Origin: Escherichia coli
Lineage (GTDB): Bacteria; Pseudomonadota; Gammaproteobacteria; Enterobacterales; Enterobacteriaceae
NCBI RefSeq assembly: GCF_045037415.1
Contig: NZ_CP173438.1
Reading direction: 5' to 3' (one strand)
DNA: 64,000 nt
Part shown: positions 8,625-21,203 of the stretch, in pieces
How the letters are laid out: every line of letters starts with the position of its first letter
Position numbering within the stretch: position 1 is the first letter of the stretch
Made by a program: the position numbers and the translations under genes
The notes under the pieces: generated by a model
What the model saw: the letters and a program-made list of their open reading frames with translations, nothing else
Databases searched by the model: none
What the model was told of the DNA's origin: nothing

Positions 8625-10073
8625 TTAAAGACCGATGCACATATATTTGATTTCTAAGTAATCTTCGATGCCATACTTCGAACCTTCACGACCCAGACCC
8701 GAGGCTTTAATGCCGCCGAACGGGGCCACTTCATTGGAAATAATGCCGGTGTTGATGCCGATGATGCCGTACTCCAGTGCTTCGCCCACGCGGAAGACGC
8801 GGCTTAAATCACGGGCGTAGAAATAGGCTGCAAGTCCAAATTCGGTGTCATTGGCTTGCGCAATCACATCGGCTTCATCTTTAAAACGGAACAGCGGGGC
8901 GAGGGGGCCAAACGTCTCTTCTTTCGACACTTTGGCGTTAGCCGGAACGTCTACCAGAATGGTCGGCTGGAAGAAGTTACCGCCGCGTTCATGTGCTTTA
9001 CCGCCGCAAACCACGCGCGCGCCTTTCTCCAGCGCATCAGCAATATGCTCTTCCACTTTTGCTACCGCTTTTTCATCGATCAACGGCCCGATGGTGACGC
9101 CTTTCTCCAGCCCGTCGCCGATGTGCAGTTTGCTCACCGCCTGCTGCAATTTTTCGGCAAAGCGGTCATACACGCTGTCCTGCACATACAGGCGGTTGGC
9201 GCAGACGCAGGTTTGCCCGGCGTTACGGAATTTCGAGGCCAGCGCGCCTTCCACGGCTTTATCGAGATCGGCATCGTCAAAGACAATAAACGGTGCGTTG
9301 CCGCCCAGCTCCAGCGACACTTTTTTGATGTCTTTCGCGCACTGTTCCATTAACTGACGGCCAATTTCGGTCGAGCCGGTAAACGACAGCTTGCGCACCA
9401 GCGGGTTGCTGGTCAGTTCGTTACCGACCGCGCCCGCCGAACCGGTGACCACGTTAAACACGCCAGCCGGAACGCCCGCGCGAATCGCCAGTTCTGCCAG
9501 CGCCAGCGCAGAGAACGGCGTCTGACTGGCGGGCTTCAGCACCATGGTGCAGCCAGCCGCCAGCGCCGGACCAGCTTTACGGGTAATCATCGCCGCCGGG
9601 AAGTTCCATGGCGTGATAGCCGCGGTGACGCCAATCGGCTGCTTGATCACAATCAGGCGTTTATCGGCCTGATGACCGGGAATGGTGTCGCCATAAATAC
9701 GTTTGCCTTCTTCAGCAAACCACTCAATAAATGAGGCGGCGTAGCTGATTTCGCCTTTCGCTTCAGCCAGTGGTTTGCCCTGTTCGAGGGTCATCAGGCG
9801 CGCTAAATCGTCCTGATGCTCCATCATTAAATTGAACCAGTTGCGCAGAATGTTGGCGCGTTCTTTGGCAGTGAGCGCACGCCAGGCGGGCAGGGCGCGG
9901 CTGGCGGCGTCGATAGCGGCGCGGGTTTCATCAGCGCCCATTTTCGGCACGCTACCCAGCTTGTCGCCGTTCGCCGGATTGGTGACGTCGATGACCTCGC
10001 CATTGTTGGCGTCCAGCCATTCCCCGTTAATCAACGCCTGCTGGCGGAATAAGTTACTGTCGTTAAGTTTCAT
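8625..10073 (-). CDS. gabD: GabD, NADP-dependent succinate-semialdehyde dehydrogenase
   Basis: 482-aa ORF MKLNDSNLFRQQALINGEWLDANNGEVIDVTNPANGDKLG...; aldehyde dehydrogenase family. Confidence 0.95.
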   Translation of the reverse strand: MKLNDSNLFRQQALINGEWLDANNGEVIDVTNPANGDKLGSVPKMGADETRAAIDAASRALPAWRALTAKERANILRNWFNLMMEHQDDLARLMTLEQGKPLAEAKGEISYAASFIEWFAEEGKRIYGDTIPGHQADKRLIVIKQPIGVTAAITPWNFPAAMITRKAGPALAAGCTMVLKPASQTPFSALALAELAIRAGVPAGVFNVVTGSAGAVGNELTSNPLVRKLSFTGSTEIGRQLMEQCAKDIKKVSLELGGNAPFIVFDDADLDKAVEGALASKFRNAGQTCVCANRLYVQDSVYDRFAEKLQQAVSKLHIGDGLEKGVTIGPLIDEKAVAKVEEHIADALEKGARVVCGGKAHERGGNFFQPTILVDVPANAKVSKEETFGPLAPLFRFKDEADVIAQANDTEFGLAAYFYARDLSRVFRVGEALEYGIIGINTGIISNEVAPFGGIKASGLGREGSKYGIEDYLEIKYMCIGL

Positions 10074-10098
10074 CGCTACATCCTGTTTTCAAAGGTTA

Positions 10099-11364
10099 TT
10101 AATTAAATGCGGCGTGTAAGGCATCCACACTACGTGCCGCTCGCAGCGTGCGTCCGGGGTTACTCTGGCTTGCCAACAGCGTTTGTACCTTGCTGACAAT
10201 ATGCGCACCAATAGGAATTGCTGATGTCGCTGCCGGGGAGGGCGCATTACAGGTGTGGATCGTGCGCGGGGTGGTGACAAACAGAAAATCGTCAATCAGC
10301 TTGCCGTCCGGCGATACCGCCTGCGCCCGCACACCGGGGGGCCAGGGCTGGAGATCGCTTAACGAAAGCCGGGGACAATACTTTTGCACCAGCCGCAGAT
10401 AGCCGCTTTTGCACAGCGAGTTTTTCATCTCGCCCAGTCCTGAGCGTAGATGGTTTTGCAGCACCCGGCGAATCCCCGACGAGCCTAAAATCTCCAGCGT
10501 GTCACTAAATGAGAAGTCGCGCTTGCGGTAGCCTTCGCGTTTGAAAGCCAGCACCGCGTTTGGCCCGACGGTCACGCTGCCGTCGATCATGCGGGTGAGA
10601 TGCACGCCCAAAAACGGCATTGCCGGGTCGGGAATGGGGTAAATCAGGTGGTTAACAATCTGGTTATGCTCTGGCGCAAGGCGGAAATACTCGCCGCGGA
10701 ACGGGCAGATAATAAAGCCCGGTTCGAGGCCGAGCATTTTCACCAGCCGGTCAGCCATCAGCCCGGAACAACTAATCAGCGTCGATGCTTCATATTCACC
10801 GCCCTGACGGGTACGTATCACCACGCCGTTTTTATGCTCACTGAGGGCGCTGACTTCGGCGTTATAAATAATCTCACCACCTCTGGCCTGGAAGATTTTT
10901 GCCATCGCCGCCGTCACTTCGCGGTAGCTGACAATGCCGCTGGACGGCACAAAAATGCCGCCAAGCCCGGTGATATTCGGTTCACGCTCGCGCAGCTCCT
11001 CGGCGTTTAACCACTCGCGCTCGATCCCGTTTGCCGCCGTGCGTTTCCATAACGCATTCATCCGTTCCATTTCGAGTTCAGACGTGGCGACCAGCATCTT
11101 GCCGCAGTTGTCGTAGCGAATGCCGTTTTGATCGCAAAAGACTTTAGTGGCGCGGTTCCCCGCCAGGCAAAACTGCGTCTTCAGGCTACCGGGCGTGTAA
11201 TAGACTCCGGCATGGATCACGCCGCTGTTGTGGCCCGTCTGGTGACAGGCAGGGCCGGACTCTTTTTCCAGCAACGCAATGCGGGCGTCAGGATAGATAT
11301 CAATCAGTTGCATGGCGGTCGACATGCCGATGATGCCGCCGCCAATAATCACAAAATCATACAT
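10099..11364 (-). CDS. lhgO: LhgO (YgaF), L-2-hydroxyglutarate oxidase/dehydrogenase (FAD)
   Basis: The track ORF extends 22 codons upstream; start placed at MYDFVIIGGGIIGMSTAMQL (Rossmann FAD-binding motif), 20 bp after the csiD stop. Confidence 0.9.
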   Translation of the reverse strand: MYDFVIIGGGIIGMSTAMQLIDIYPDARIALLEKESGPACHQTGHNSGVIHAGVYYTPGSLKTQFCLAGNRATKVFCDQNGIRYDNCGKMLVATSELEMERMNALWKRTAANGIEREWLNAEELREREPNITGLGGIFVPSSGIVSYREVTAAMAKIFQARGGEIIYNAEVSALSEHKNGVVIRTRQGGEYEASTLISCSGLMADRLVKMLGLEPGFIICPFRGEYFRLAPEHNQIVNHLIYPIPDPAMPFLGVHLTRMIDGSVTVGPNAVLAFKREGYRKRDFSFSDTLEILGSSGIRRVLQNHLRSGLGEMKNSLCKSGYLRLVQKYCPRLSLSDLQPWPPGVRAQAVSPDGKLIDDFLFVTTPRTIHTCNAPSPAATSAIPIGAHIVSKVQTLLASQSNPGRTLRAARSVDALHAAFN

Positions 11365-11383
11365 CCGCTCAATTCCTTTGCGC

Positions 11384-12560
<1,177 letters not shown>

Positions 12561-12879
12561 ATATTAAGTGTGCTTATACTCTTTTTCGAACTGGTGGCAT
12601 TTGTTTAAATGCTATTTAAACTGCTTTTTCAGAGTTCAACTTACTGAGTTCCGTGTCGACTAATGTGAGTAAGATCAATCGCATCCAACCTATGTTACTT
12701 GATGGCATCGATAACAATATTAATGAACATACAGATTCCGGGAAGGCTGGCTATGGGGGCAAATTATTCTCTTTCTGGAAACGGGTAAATAACAGTGACC
12801 ATTTGTCGAGAAGCTGATACTGAGCTGAGGGATACTGTATATGTCTGGACTGTAATTGGATGAATTCTATTCAGGGCGG

Positions 12880-12904
12880 GTCAGGACCAATAAAAAAGCC
12901 CGCA
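12880..12904 (-). terminator. Rho-independent terminator downstream of ssrA
   Basis: On the minus strand GCCCGC-UGAU-GCGGGC is followed by UUUUUUA; about 140 nt past the mature tmRNA 3' end. Confidence 0.55.
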
Positions 12905-13044
12905 TCAGCGGGCTTTAATGTCATAGGGAGTCGCGACTCCGTTGCGTATCCTTTTTTGTCTCCTCACCGTCTGGTCGGTGTCCTGCTGAGACTTATAACT
13001 TCCTGTTTTTGTTGGTGTAGTCCTTACACCGTCCAATCATTATT

Positions 13045-13407
13045 TGGTGGAGCTGGCGGGAGTTGAACCCGCGTCCGAAATTCCTACATCCTCGGTACTA
13101 CATGCTTAGTCAGTCTTTACATTCGCTTGCCAGCTGCGGACGGACACGCCACTAACAAACTAGCCTGATTAAGTTTTAACGCTTCAACCCCAGGCAGGGC
13201 TTCCACGCGATCTCTTTTGGGTTTGACCTCTCTTGATCCCCGTCCTAAGAGCGGAGGCTAGGGAGAGAGGGCTCTAAGCAGGTTATTAAGCTGCTAAAGC
13301 GTAGTTTTCGTCGTTTGCGACTATTTTTTGCGGCTTTTTACGAGGCCAACCGCCCCTCGGCATGCACCTTGGGTTTCGCAAATCCCGTCGAATCCAGAAT
13401 CAGCCCC
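13045..13407 (-). ncRNA. ssrA: tmRNA (SsrA, 10Sa RNA), 363 nt
   Basis: Minus strand reads GGGGCUGAUUCUGGAUUCGACGGG ... CUCCACCA with the tRNA-like acceptor/T-arm; internal tag reading frame GCAAACGACGAAAACTACGCTTTAGCAGCTTAA (ANDENYALAA-stop) lies near 13283-13315. Confidence 0.97.
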
Positions 13408-13621
13408 AATGTGTAACGGTAAGTATACCAGATTTATGAGCAGCATGACTAGCCCAAAAGGCGTTATCATCCTGGAATTAGCGCCTGCATAGTATGATTT
13501 TTTTTCGATTAAGCAATGGGATGGCTACATCTGTGTCAGATTTGACAGTCGACAAGATGTTCATTCGCGCCACCGGATAGGGAGGCGCGGTGAGGATTTG
13601 ATTAGTATCGCTTATATAGGT

Positions 13622-14104
13622 TTAACGATGGGCGTTTTTCATGATACGCGCTTTATCCACCTGCCATTCGCGTTCTTTGATATCTGAACGTTTATCGTGC
13701 TGTTTTTTACCTTTGGCGACGCCGATTTTCACTTTGCACCAGGCATTTTTCCAGTACAGGGAGAGCGCCACTACGGTATAGCCTTCTCGATTTACGCGAC
13801 CGTACAATGAGTCCAGTTCGCGCTGGTTGAGAAGTAACTTGCGGGTACGGGTAGGATCGCACACCACATGCGTGGAGGCCACAGCCATTGGCGTGATGTT
13901 AGCGCCAAACAGAAATGCCTCTCCGTCACGCAGAAGGACGTAGCTGTCGCTGATATTGGCTTTTCCTGCACGCAGGGATTTAACCTCCCAGCCTTGCAGG
14001 GCAAGTCCCGCTTCGAACTCTTCTTCGATAAAGTATTCGTGACGGGCGCGCTTGTTAAGCGCGATGGTCGCTGAACCAGGTTTATGTGCTTTTTTCTTCG
14101 TCAT
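13622..14104 (-). CDS. smpB: SmpB, SsrA-binding protein
   Basis: 160-aa [50 protein letters not shown]...; recognised as SmpB. Confidence 0.95.
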
Positions 14105-14235
14105 AAGCGTCGTGAATCATCGGTAATCTGAAATCGAAAACACCCCATATCAATCCTGCGGGGGACAAGGCTCTATCTTAGCATGATCCCGATGTTACCC
14201 AGCGCCGGGATAGCGTTTTTTTTACAGCAGGATAA

Positions 14236-14712
14236 ATGATATTATTTGTTGGATTTTTGTTGATGGAAATTGTTATGCCTCAGATTAGCCGGACCGCACT
14301 GGTACCCTACAGCGCGGAGCAAATGTATCAGTTAGTGAATGACGTTCAGTCTTATCCTCAGTTTTTACCAGGGTGCACTGGAAGCCGGATTCTGGAGTCC
14401 ACTCCTGGGCAGATGACCGCTGCGGTAGATGTGTCTAAGGCTGGGATCAGCAAAACGTTTACAACCCGCAACCAGTTGACCAGTAATCAAAGTATTCTCA
14501 TGAGTCTGGTTGATGGACCGTTTAAGAAATTGATAGGCGGTTGGAAGTTTACGCCGTTGAGCCAGGACGCGTGCCGTATTGAGTTTCATCTCGACTTTGA
14601 GTTTACCAATAAGTTGATTGAACTCGCCTTTGGTCGTGTGTTTAAAGAGCTGGCAGCTAATATGGTGCAGGCTTTTACTGTTCGTGCAAAAGAGGTCTAC
14701 AGTGCCAGGTAA
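14236..14712 (+). CDS. ratA: RatA/PasT, SRPBCC (polyketide cyclase-like) protein
   Basis: 158-aa ORF ...[34 protein letters not shown]...; the start could be the downstream Met. Confidence 0.85.
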
Positions 14713-14992
14713 AATTGCCGTTGAGGTGGCTTATGCGCTACCTGAGAAGCAGTACCTGCAGCGCGTGACGTTGCAGGAGGGCGCGACGGTTGAAGAAGCT
14801 ATTCGCGCCAGTGGTTTGCTGGAATTGCGTACCGATATCGATTTAACTAAAAACAAAGTCGGCATTTACAGCCGTCCGGCAAAACTCAGCGATATTGTGC
14901 ATGATGGCGATCGGGTGGAGATTTATCGTCCTCTCATTGCCGATCCGAAAGAGCTTCGCAGGCAACGAGCAGAAAAATCAGCGAATAAATAA
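14702..14992 (+). CDS. ratB: RatB/PasI (YfjF), RnfH-family small protein
   Basis: In-frame part of track ORF 14618..14992; start placed at GTG 14702 ([27 protein letters not shown]...), overlapping the ratA stop by 11 nt. Start codon is uncertain. Confidence 0.75.
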
Positions 14993-15053
14993 CAGACAGA
15001 AAAAAGGTGCTCATTGAGCACCTTTTTTAACGTCTTTGAGAGCAACTTTATTA

Positions 15054-15395
15054 TTAGTTACCACTCAGCGCAGGTTTGTTATCAATGTTGGTCAACACAC
15101 CGCTACTGTTAAAGGTCAGCGTCAGCGTTTGCTGCGTTACACCTTCATGACCAGGTTGCTGGCGGAAGACATAGAACCAGGTATTTGTACCAAATGGATC
15201 GGACATCAGCGGTGTACCCAATGCGTACGCAACTTGTTGTTGCGTCATGCCAACACGTATTTTGGATACGTCGTTAGCGGTCAGATAGTTCCCCTGGTTG
15301 ATGTCAGGACGGTAAACCACTCGCTCCAGAGTGGAACAGCCTGCGGTCAACATCAATAGTACTGCTGCTGCAGCAGTCAGCGTTTTACAGCGCAT
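15054..15395 (-). CDS. bamE: BamE (SmpA), outer-membrane lipoprotein of the BAM complex
   Basis: 113-aa [38 protein letters not shown]... with a lipobox (LTAGC). Confidence 0.95.
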
Positions 15396-15543
15396 AGTGA
15401 TTTGATTCCTTTTCGGGCCCGAGCAGTACGTGGCTCATCTGTAATATGCCGATGATAATAGACCTTTCATCACTTTAAAACCTTTTGCTTTCCGGTCTTA
15501 CGGCGTTTTGCTGTTTACTCTGACCGTGAAGCAGGAAAAAAGT

Positions 15544-17205
15544 TTACGCCGCAAGCAGTTCTTTCGCATTCGCCAGTGTGTTACGTGTGACTTCACTGCC
15601 ACCAAGCAGGCGCGCCAACTCTTGTAACCGCGCTTTTTTATCCAGGGATTGCATATGCGTTTCTGTCATCGCACCATCGGTTTCTTTGCTGACAAAATAG
15701 TGTTGATGACCATATCCCGCGACTTGTGGCAGGTGGGTAACACACATCACCTGAGTTGATTCGCCAAGTTGACGTAGCAGTTTGCCGACAACTGCCGCTG
15801 TTGGGCCGCTAATCCCTACATCCACTTCATCAAAAATCAGTGCTGGGGTTTCCATTTTACGCGCGGTAATGACCTGGATTGCCAATGCGATGCGGGACAA
15901 CTCACCACCGGATGCGACTTTGGCAATAGGCTGCATTGGCTGACCTGGGTTGGTGGTTACCCGAAACTCAATACGATCAGCGCCGTCAGCGCCCAGGTGA
16001 TGCTCGTCAAATTTAACATCGATCGTAAACTGCCCATGTGGCATAGAGAGTGCATGCATACTATCGGTGATCAGCTGTGCCAACTCATTTGCATAATGCT
16101 GGCGTTGCTGGTGTAACGCGCGCGCCGTTTCCAGTGCCTGCTGATGATGTTTCGTTACCGCCAGCGCGAGCGTTTCTTGTGAGTCGGCCTGATCGTCCAG
16201 TTGCTGCTGTTCTTCCAGTAGCGACTGGTAATACTGTGGCAATGCCTCAGGGCTGACGTGATGTTTACGTGCCAGCGAAATCTGTTTTGAGATGCGCTGT
16301 TCAAGTTCAAACAGTCGGTTGGGATCGAGATCCAGACGATCGCAGTAGTGGCGTAGTTCATCACTGGCTTCAGCAATCTGGATGGTAGCCTCTTCCAGCA
16401 TATCAAGTACGCCGGACAGTTTGCTGTCCATGCCAATCAATTCGCTCACCAGTTGTTTAGCCGTGTAAAGTTGACTTTGCAGATTTGCGTCTTCACCGTC
16501 AGCCATTAATGCCAATGCATTCTGGCTGGTGGTCAGCAATTGACCGCTGTTCGCCAGACGTTTGTACTCTTCGTCGATTTGCTCAAACTCTCCAGGCTGC
16601 GGATTAAATTCGTTAAGTTCTTTTAATTGGTATTGCAGCAGCTCCGCACGGGCGGCGCGTTCCTGACTTAACTGCTGATGATGCGCGAGGTCACGGCAGC
16701 TTTGATGCCACAACTGATAACGTGCGGTCATTTCCTGGAGCTGAGAGGTTTCATTGGCATAGCCATCAAGCAGGAATTTTTGGTGCTCGGGTTTGGTGAG
16801 TAACTGATGAGCGTGCTGACCATGGATCTGAATCAGCAACTGACCCAGTTCGCGCAGTTGTGACAGAGGAACAGCTGTACCGTTGATGAAACCACGGGAG
16901 CGACCATCGCTGCTGATTACGCGACGAAGCAAACATTCATGCCCGTCTTCAAGCTGGTTTTCTTCCAGCCAACGCAGGGCCGCTGGCGTATCTTTCAGAG
17001 AAAAACGGGCGCACAGGTCGGCACGAGCAGCGCCGGTACGCACCATGTCGGCTTCAGCGCGACCACCGAGACAAAGGCCGAGGGCATCTATTGCAATAGA
17101 TTTACCCGCGCCGGTCTCGCCAGTTATTACGGTCATGCCGCTATGAAAATCAATCTCAAGCTCACGAACGATAGCAAAGTTGCTGATGGTCAGTTGTGCC
17201 AACAT
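15544..17205 (-). CDS. recN: RecN, SMC-like DNA repair ATPase
   Basis: 553-aa [45 protein letters not shown]... with a Walker A motif. Confidence 0.95.
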   Translation of the reverse strand: MLAQLTISNFAIVRELEIDFHSGMTVITGETGAGKSIAIDALGLCLGGRAEADMVRTGAARADLCARFSLKDTPAALRWLEENQLEDGHECLLRRVISSDGRSRGFINGTAVPLSQLRELGQLLIQIHGQHAHQLLTKPEHQKFLLDGYANETSQLQEMTARYQLWHQSCRDLAHHQQLSQERAARAELLQYQLKELNEFNPQPGEFEQIDEEYKRLANSGQLLTTSQNALALMADGEDANLQSQLYTAKQLVSELIGMDSKLSGVLDMLEEATIQIAEASDELRHYCDRLDLDPNRLFELEQRISKQISLARKHHVSPEALPQYYQSLLEEQQQLDDQADSQETLALAVTKHHQQALETARALHQQRQHYANELAQLITDSMHALSMPHGQFTIDVKFDEHHLGADGADRIEFRVTTNPGQPMQPIAKVASGGELSRIALAIQVITARKMETPALIFDEVDVGISGPTAAVVGKLLRQLGESTQVMCVTHLPQVAGYGHQHYFVSKETDGAMTETHMQSLDKKARLQELARLLGGSEVTRNTLANAKELLAA

Positions 17206-17231
17206 AGTTGTTTTCCTGTATGAAAAACCAT

Positions 17232-17273
17232 TACTGTTATTGTGTACAGTATAAACTGGTTTTATATACAGTA
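17232..17273 (-). promoter_or_regulatory. recN SOS operator: at least two LexA boxes
   Basis: Minus strand reads CTGTATATAAAACCAG (plus 17256-17271) and CTGTACACAATAACAG (plus 17234-17249), both matching CTGT-N8-ACAG, immediately upstream of recN. Confidence 0.75.
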
Positions 17274-17290
17274 AAGAGGCTGGCGTAAAA

Positions 17291-18169
17291 TTAGAATAAT
17301 TTTTTTGACCAGCCGAGCTTGGTGCTTAATGTATTGAAATAACTGTAATCTTTCGGATGAATCAGATTCAGATGGTAATCACAGCGACGAATCAGGACAT
17401 CTTCACCTTCCTGAATCGGAAGTGCTATCTGGCTGTCGCAACTGATTTCCAGGTCGTTACGGCGATGCGAAAAACGCAGACGGATCGTGCTGCTGCTGTT
17501 TATGACCAGTGGTCGTGCTGACAACGTATGCGGGAACATGGGCACCAGGGTAATCGCATCCAGAGAGGGTGTCAGAATAGGACCGCCCGCAGAGAGGGAA
17601 TATGCGGTGGAGCCTGTTGGCGTCGAAATAATCAGTCCATCGGAACGCTGCGAAAACGCAAAGATCTCGTCGATATACACTTCGAACTCAATCATATGCG
17701 CTACTTTGCCAGGATGAAGTACCACTTCGTTAATCGCCGTGCTGATGCGTTTCTGGCAATCTTGCTGACAGACTTGCGCTTCCAGCAAAAAACGTTTCTC
17801 GCTGATGTAGTGGCCTTCCAGCACATCGGCTAATTGTTGCTGGGCGTTATCGGGATCAAGGTCAGTCAGGAAACCCAGGTTGCCACGGTTGATTCCAATA
17901 ACTTTAATATCGTAGCGGGCGAGCGTGCGCGCCGCGCCCAGCATATTACCGTCGCCGCCAACGACAACCGCGAGATCAGCCTGTTGCCCAATCTCCGCGA
18001 GCGTGCCAGTTTTCACATTCTTCAGTTGCAGTTCGTGAGCGATTTGTTGCTCAACGATGACCTCGTAACCTTTTGTGCACAGCCAGCGGTAGAGCATTTC
18101 ATGTGTTGTCAGTGCAGTGGGGTGCCGTGGGTGTCCCACAATGCCAATACACTTGAAATGATTATTCAT
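17291..18169 (-). CDS. nadK: NadK, NAD kinase
   Basis: 292-aa [33 protein letters not shown]... with the GGDGN motif. Confidence 0.95.
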
Positions 18170-18217
18170 TTTTCCGAGGTCCTTGTTGCGAAGATTGATG
18201 ACAATGTGAGTGCTTCC

Positions 18218-18246
18218 CTTGAAACCCTGAAACTGATCCCCATAAT
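18218..18246 (+). promoter_or_regulatory. Sigma-32 heat-shock promoter of grpE
   Basis: CTTGAAA at 18218-18224 and CCCCATAAT at 18238-18246 match the sigma-32 -35 and -10 consensus with 13 bp spacing, about 45 bp upstream of grpE. Confidence 0.75.
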
Positions 18247-18258
18247 AAGCGAAGTTAG

Positions 18259-18885
<627 letters not shown>

Positions 18886-18938
18886 TTTCTGTTTTCGTAA
18901 TAAATCACGGTCCAGCATGCGAATGCCGGGCCGTTTTT

Positions 18939-20201
18939 TTACTCCGCCACACTCTCGCGCAGCGGTTTTACAGGAAAAACTTTTACCTGCTTAATCATAT
19001 TGTCCTGTACGTCGAGAATATCGATATCGTACTCGCCTATACGCACGCGGGTGCCTGCTACCGGAATCTCCTCCAGCGCTTCCAGAATGACGCCGTTAAC
19101 AGTACGAGCATCATCTTCCGGTAGATGCCAGTTAAAGGCTTTGTTAATTTCTCGCACGTTGGCGGTGCCATCGATAATCACCGACCCGTCGTTTTGCGGC
19201 GTGACCTCTTCGGCAAGTGTTGGCGACATCGACGTGGTGAAATCGCCGACAATCTCTTCGAGAATATCTTCGACCGTCACCAGCCCCTGAATGTCTCCAT
19301 ACTCGTTGACGACCAGGCCGACTTTCTTTTTGTTGCGCTGAAACTTCACCAACTGTGTGCTGAGCGGCGTACCCTCCGGGACAAAATAGATCTCGTCCGC
19401 GGCGCGTAGCATGGTTTCTTTGGTGAACTCTTTTTTCTCCGACATGAGTCGCCAGGCTTCACGCACACGCAGCATACTGATGGCGTCGTCCAGCGAATCA
19501 CGGTAGAGCACGATGCGCCCGTGAGGTGAGTGGGAGAGTTGGCGCAGAATCGATTTCCAGTCATCGTTGATATCAATACCGATAATTTCACTGCGCGGCA
19601 CCATGATGTCATCGACGGTCATCTTTTCCAGATCGAGTACCGACAGCAGCATATCCTGATTGCGACGGGAAATTTGTGACCGCGATTCGTGCACAATGGT
19701 GCGTAATTCTTCTTTGCTTAAAGAGCCACTAACCACGATATCGGTTTTGATGCCCATCATGCGCATTAACATGCGGGTAATAGCATTCAGCAACCAGACC
19801 AGCGGCATCATCAAAATTTGCAGCGGAGCCAGCAGAAAACTACTCGGATAAGCGACTTTTTCCGGGTACAGCGCGGCAATGGTTTTTGGCAATACCTCAG
19901 CAAAAACCAGCACGACAAAAGTCAGCACACCAGTCGCAATTGCCACGCCCGCATCGCCGTACAAACGCATTCCAACAATAGTGCCGAGCGCGGAGGCAAG
20001 AATATTGACCAGGTTATTGCCGATTAACACCAGGCTTATCAGGCGGTCTGGCTTACGCAGCAATTTTTCGACGCGTTTGGCCGAGCGATTACCCTGTTTC
20101 GCCATATGCCGCAGACGATAGCGGTTGAGGGTCATCATTCCGGTTTCGGACCCGGAAAAATAGGCTGAAATGACCACCATGATGATCAGAATAATGATCA
20201 A
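18939..20201 (-). CDS. yfjD: YfjD, CNNM/CorC-family membrane protein (DUF21, CBS pair, CorC_HlyC)
   Basis: 420-aa ORF with N-terminal transmembrane segments; recognised as YfjD. Confidence 0.9.
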   Translation of the reverse strand: MIIILIIMVVISAYFSGSETGMMTLNRYRLRHMAKQGNRSAKRVEKLLRKPDRLISLVLIGNNLVNILASALGTIVGMRLYGDAGVAIATGVLTFVVLVFAEVLPKTIAALYPEKVAYPSSFLLAPLQILMMPLVWLLNAITRMLMRMMGIKTDIVVSGSLSKEELRTIVHESRSQISRRNQDMLLSVLDLEKMTVDDIMVPRSEIIGIDINDDWKSILRQLSHSPHGRIVLYRDSLDDAISMLRVREAWRLMSEKKEFTKETMLRAADEIYFVPEGTPLSTQLVKFQRNKKKVGLVVNEYGDIQGLVTVEDILEEIVGDFTTSMSPTLAEEVTPQNDGSVIIDGTANVREINKAFNWHLPEDDARTVNGVILEALEEIPVAGTRVRIGEYDIDILDVQDNMIKQVKVFPVKPLRESVAE

Positions 20202-20245
20202 CGTAGTAGTAGAAATGTGTTCCAGGGGAAACTCCTTTTCTGGGT

Positions 20246-21037
20246 TTAGCTGATTAACTGCTGAAAAATTCGGCTGCCGAAGTAGGCCAGTGTCAGAATG
20301 ACTGCACCCGCAACGTTAAACCAGACGACGCGGCGTCCACGCCATCCTTCATGATAATGTCCCCACAGCAGCACAATATAGACAAACCACGCCACGATAG
20401 AGAGCACGGCCTTGTCGATATTTTCCATGCTAAATAAGTTGTGCATGTAGAACAGGCCAGTGCAAAGAGTGAGCGTTAGCAGCACCACGCCAATCTGCGT
20501 GATATGGAACATTTTACGCTCGATACTCATCAATGGCGGCATTTCCTGGTTAAACGCCAGCTTCTTGTTCTTCAGTTGGTAATCAATCCACGCCAGTTGC
20601 AGCGCGTACAGGGCAGCGATAATTAGCGTGGCATAGGAAAAAAGCGATAAGCCAATGTGCACCAGCATCCCCGGCGTTGCTTCCAGATGGGTGATGTATT
20701 CATTGGGCATAAAGGTCGCCAGCGCTAGGTTGATAAGCGCAAAGGCATAGACAATGGGTAGCAACAACCAGCCACGATTGCGAGAAGCCACAATGGTCAT
20801 TACCGTACAGATCATCAAACTGACCAATGAACCAACGTTCAGCAGGCTGAGGTTTTGTCCGCTATCACCGTCGGGCAGGATGCGGGCTTCCAGAGCGATT
20901 GCGTGGCAGACCAGCGCGATGACCGCAGAAATAATAGCCATGCGCCGCCAGCCGCCGTTTTTTTGCAGCAGACCGGGAACAATCAGCGCAAGACTGACGG
21001 AGTAGGCGACAAGCGCGAGCAGAGCAAAAACGGGCAT
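20246..21037 (-). CDS. ypjD: YpjD, inner-membrane protein of the cytochrome c assembly (CcsA-like) family
   Basis: Track ORF 20246..21112; start placed at MPVFALLALVAYSVSLALIVPG... to give 263 aa. Start is uncertain. Confidence 0.85.
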   Translation of the reverse strand: MPVFALLALVAYSVSLALIVPGLLQKNGGWRRMAIISAVIALVCHAIALEARILPDGDSGQNLSLLNVGSLVSLMICTVMTIVASRNRGWLLLPIVYAFALINLALATFMPNEYITHLEATPGMLVHIGLSLFSYATLIIAALYALQLAWIDYQLKNKKLAFNQEMPPLMSIERKMFHITQIGVVLLTLTLCTGLFYMHNLFSMENIDKAVLSIVAWFVYIVLLWGHYHEGWRGRRVVWFNVAGAVILTLAYFGSRIFQQLIS

Positions 21038-21203
21038 AGTAATGTCGACAGTTTGAGCAATAAGAAAGAGAAGCAGTATAGCGTCAGGTGAACGCTGCTC
21101 CAACCGTTGCATAACAACAAAGACGCCTTCATGTTATACTGCGGCAAAATACTGATGATGTGTCGCGATTGCGGCCAACCGTTTCCACCCCAGGCGAGAG
21201 ACA

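Noticed and set aside
12860-13066. 68-aa plus-strand ORF overlapping the ssrA 3' end
   Set aside because: It overlaps the tmRNA gene and its terminator and has no start context; spurious.
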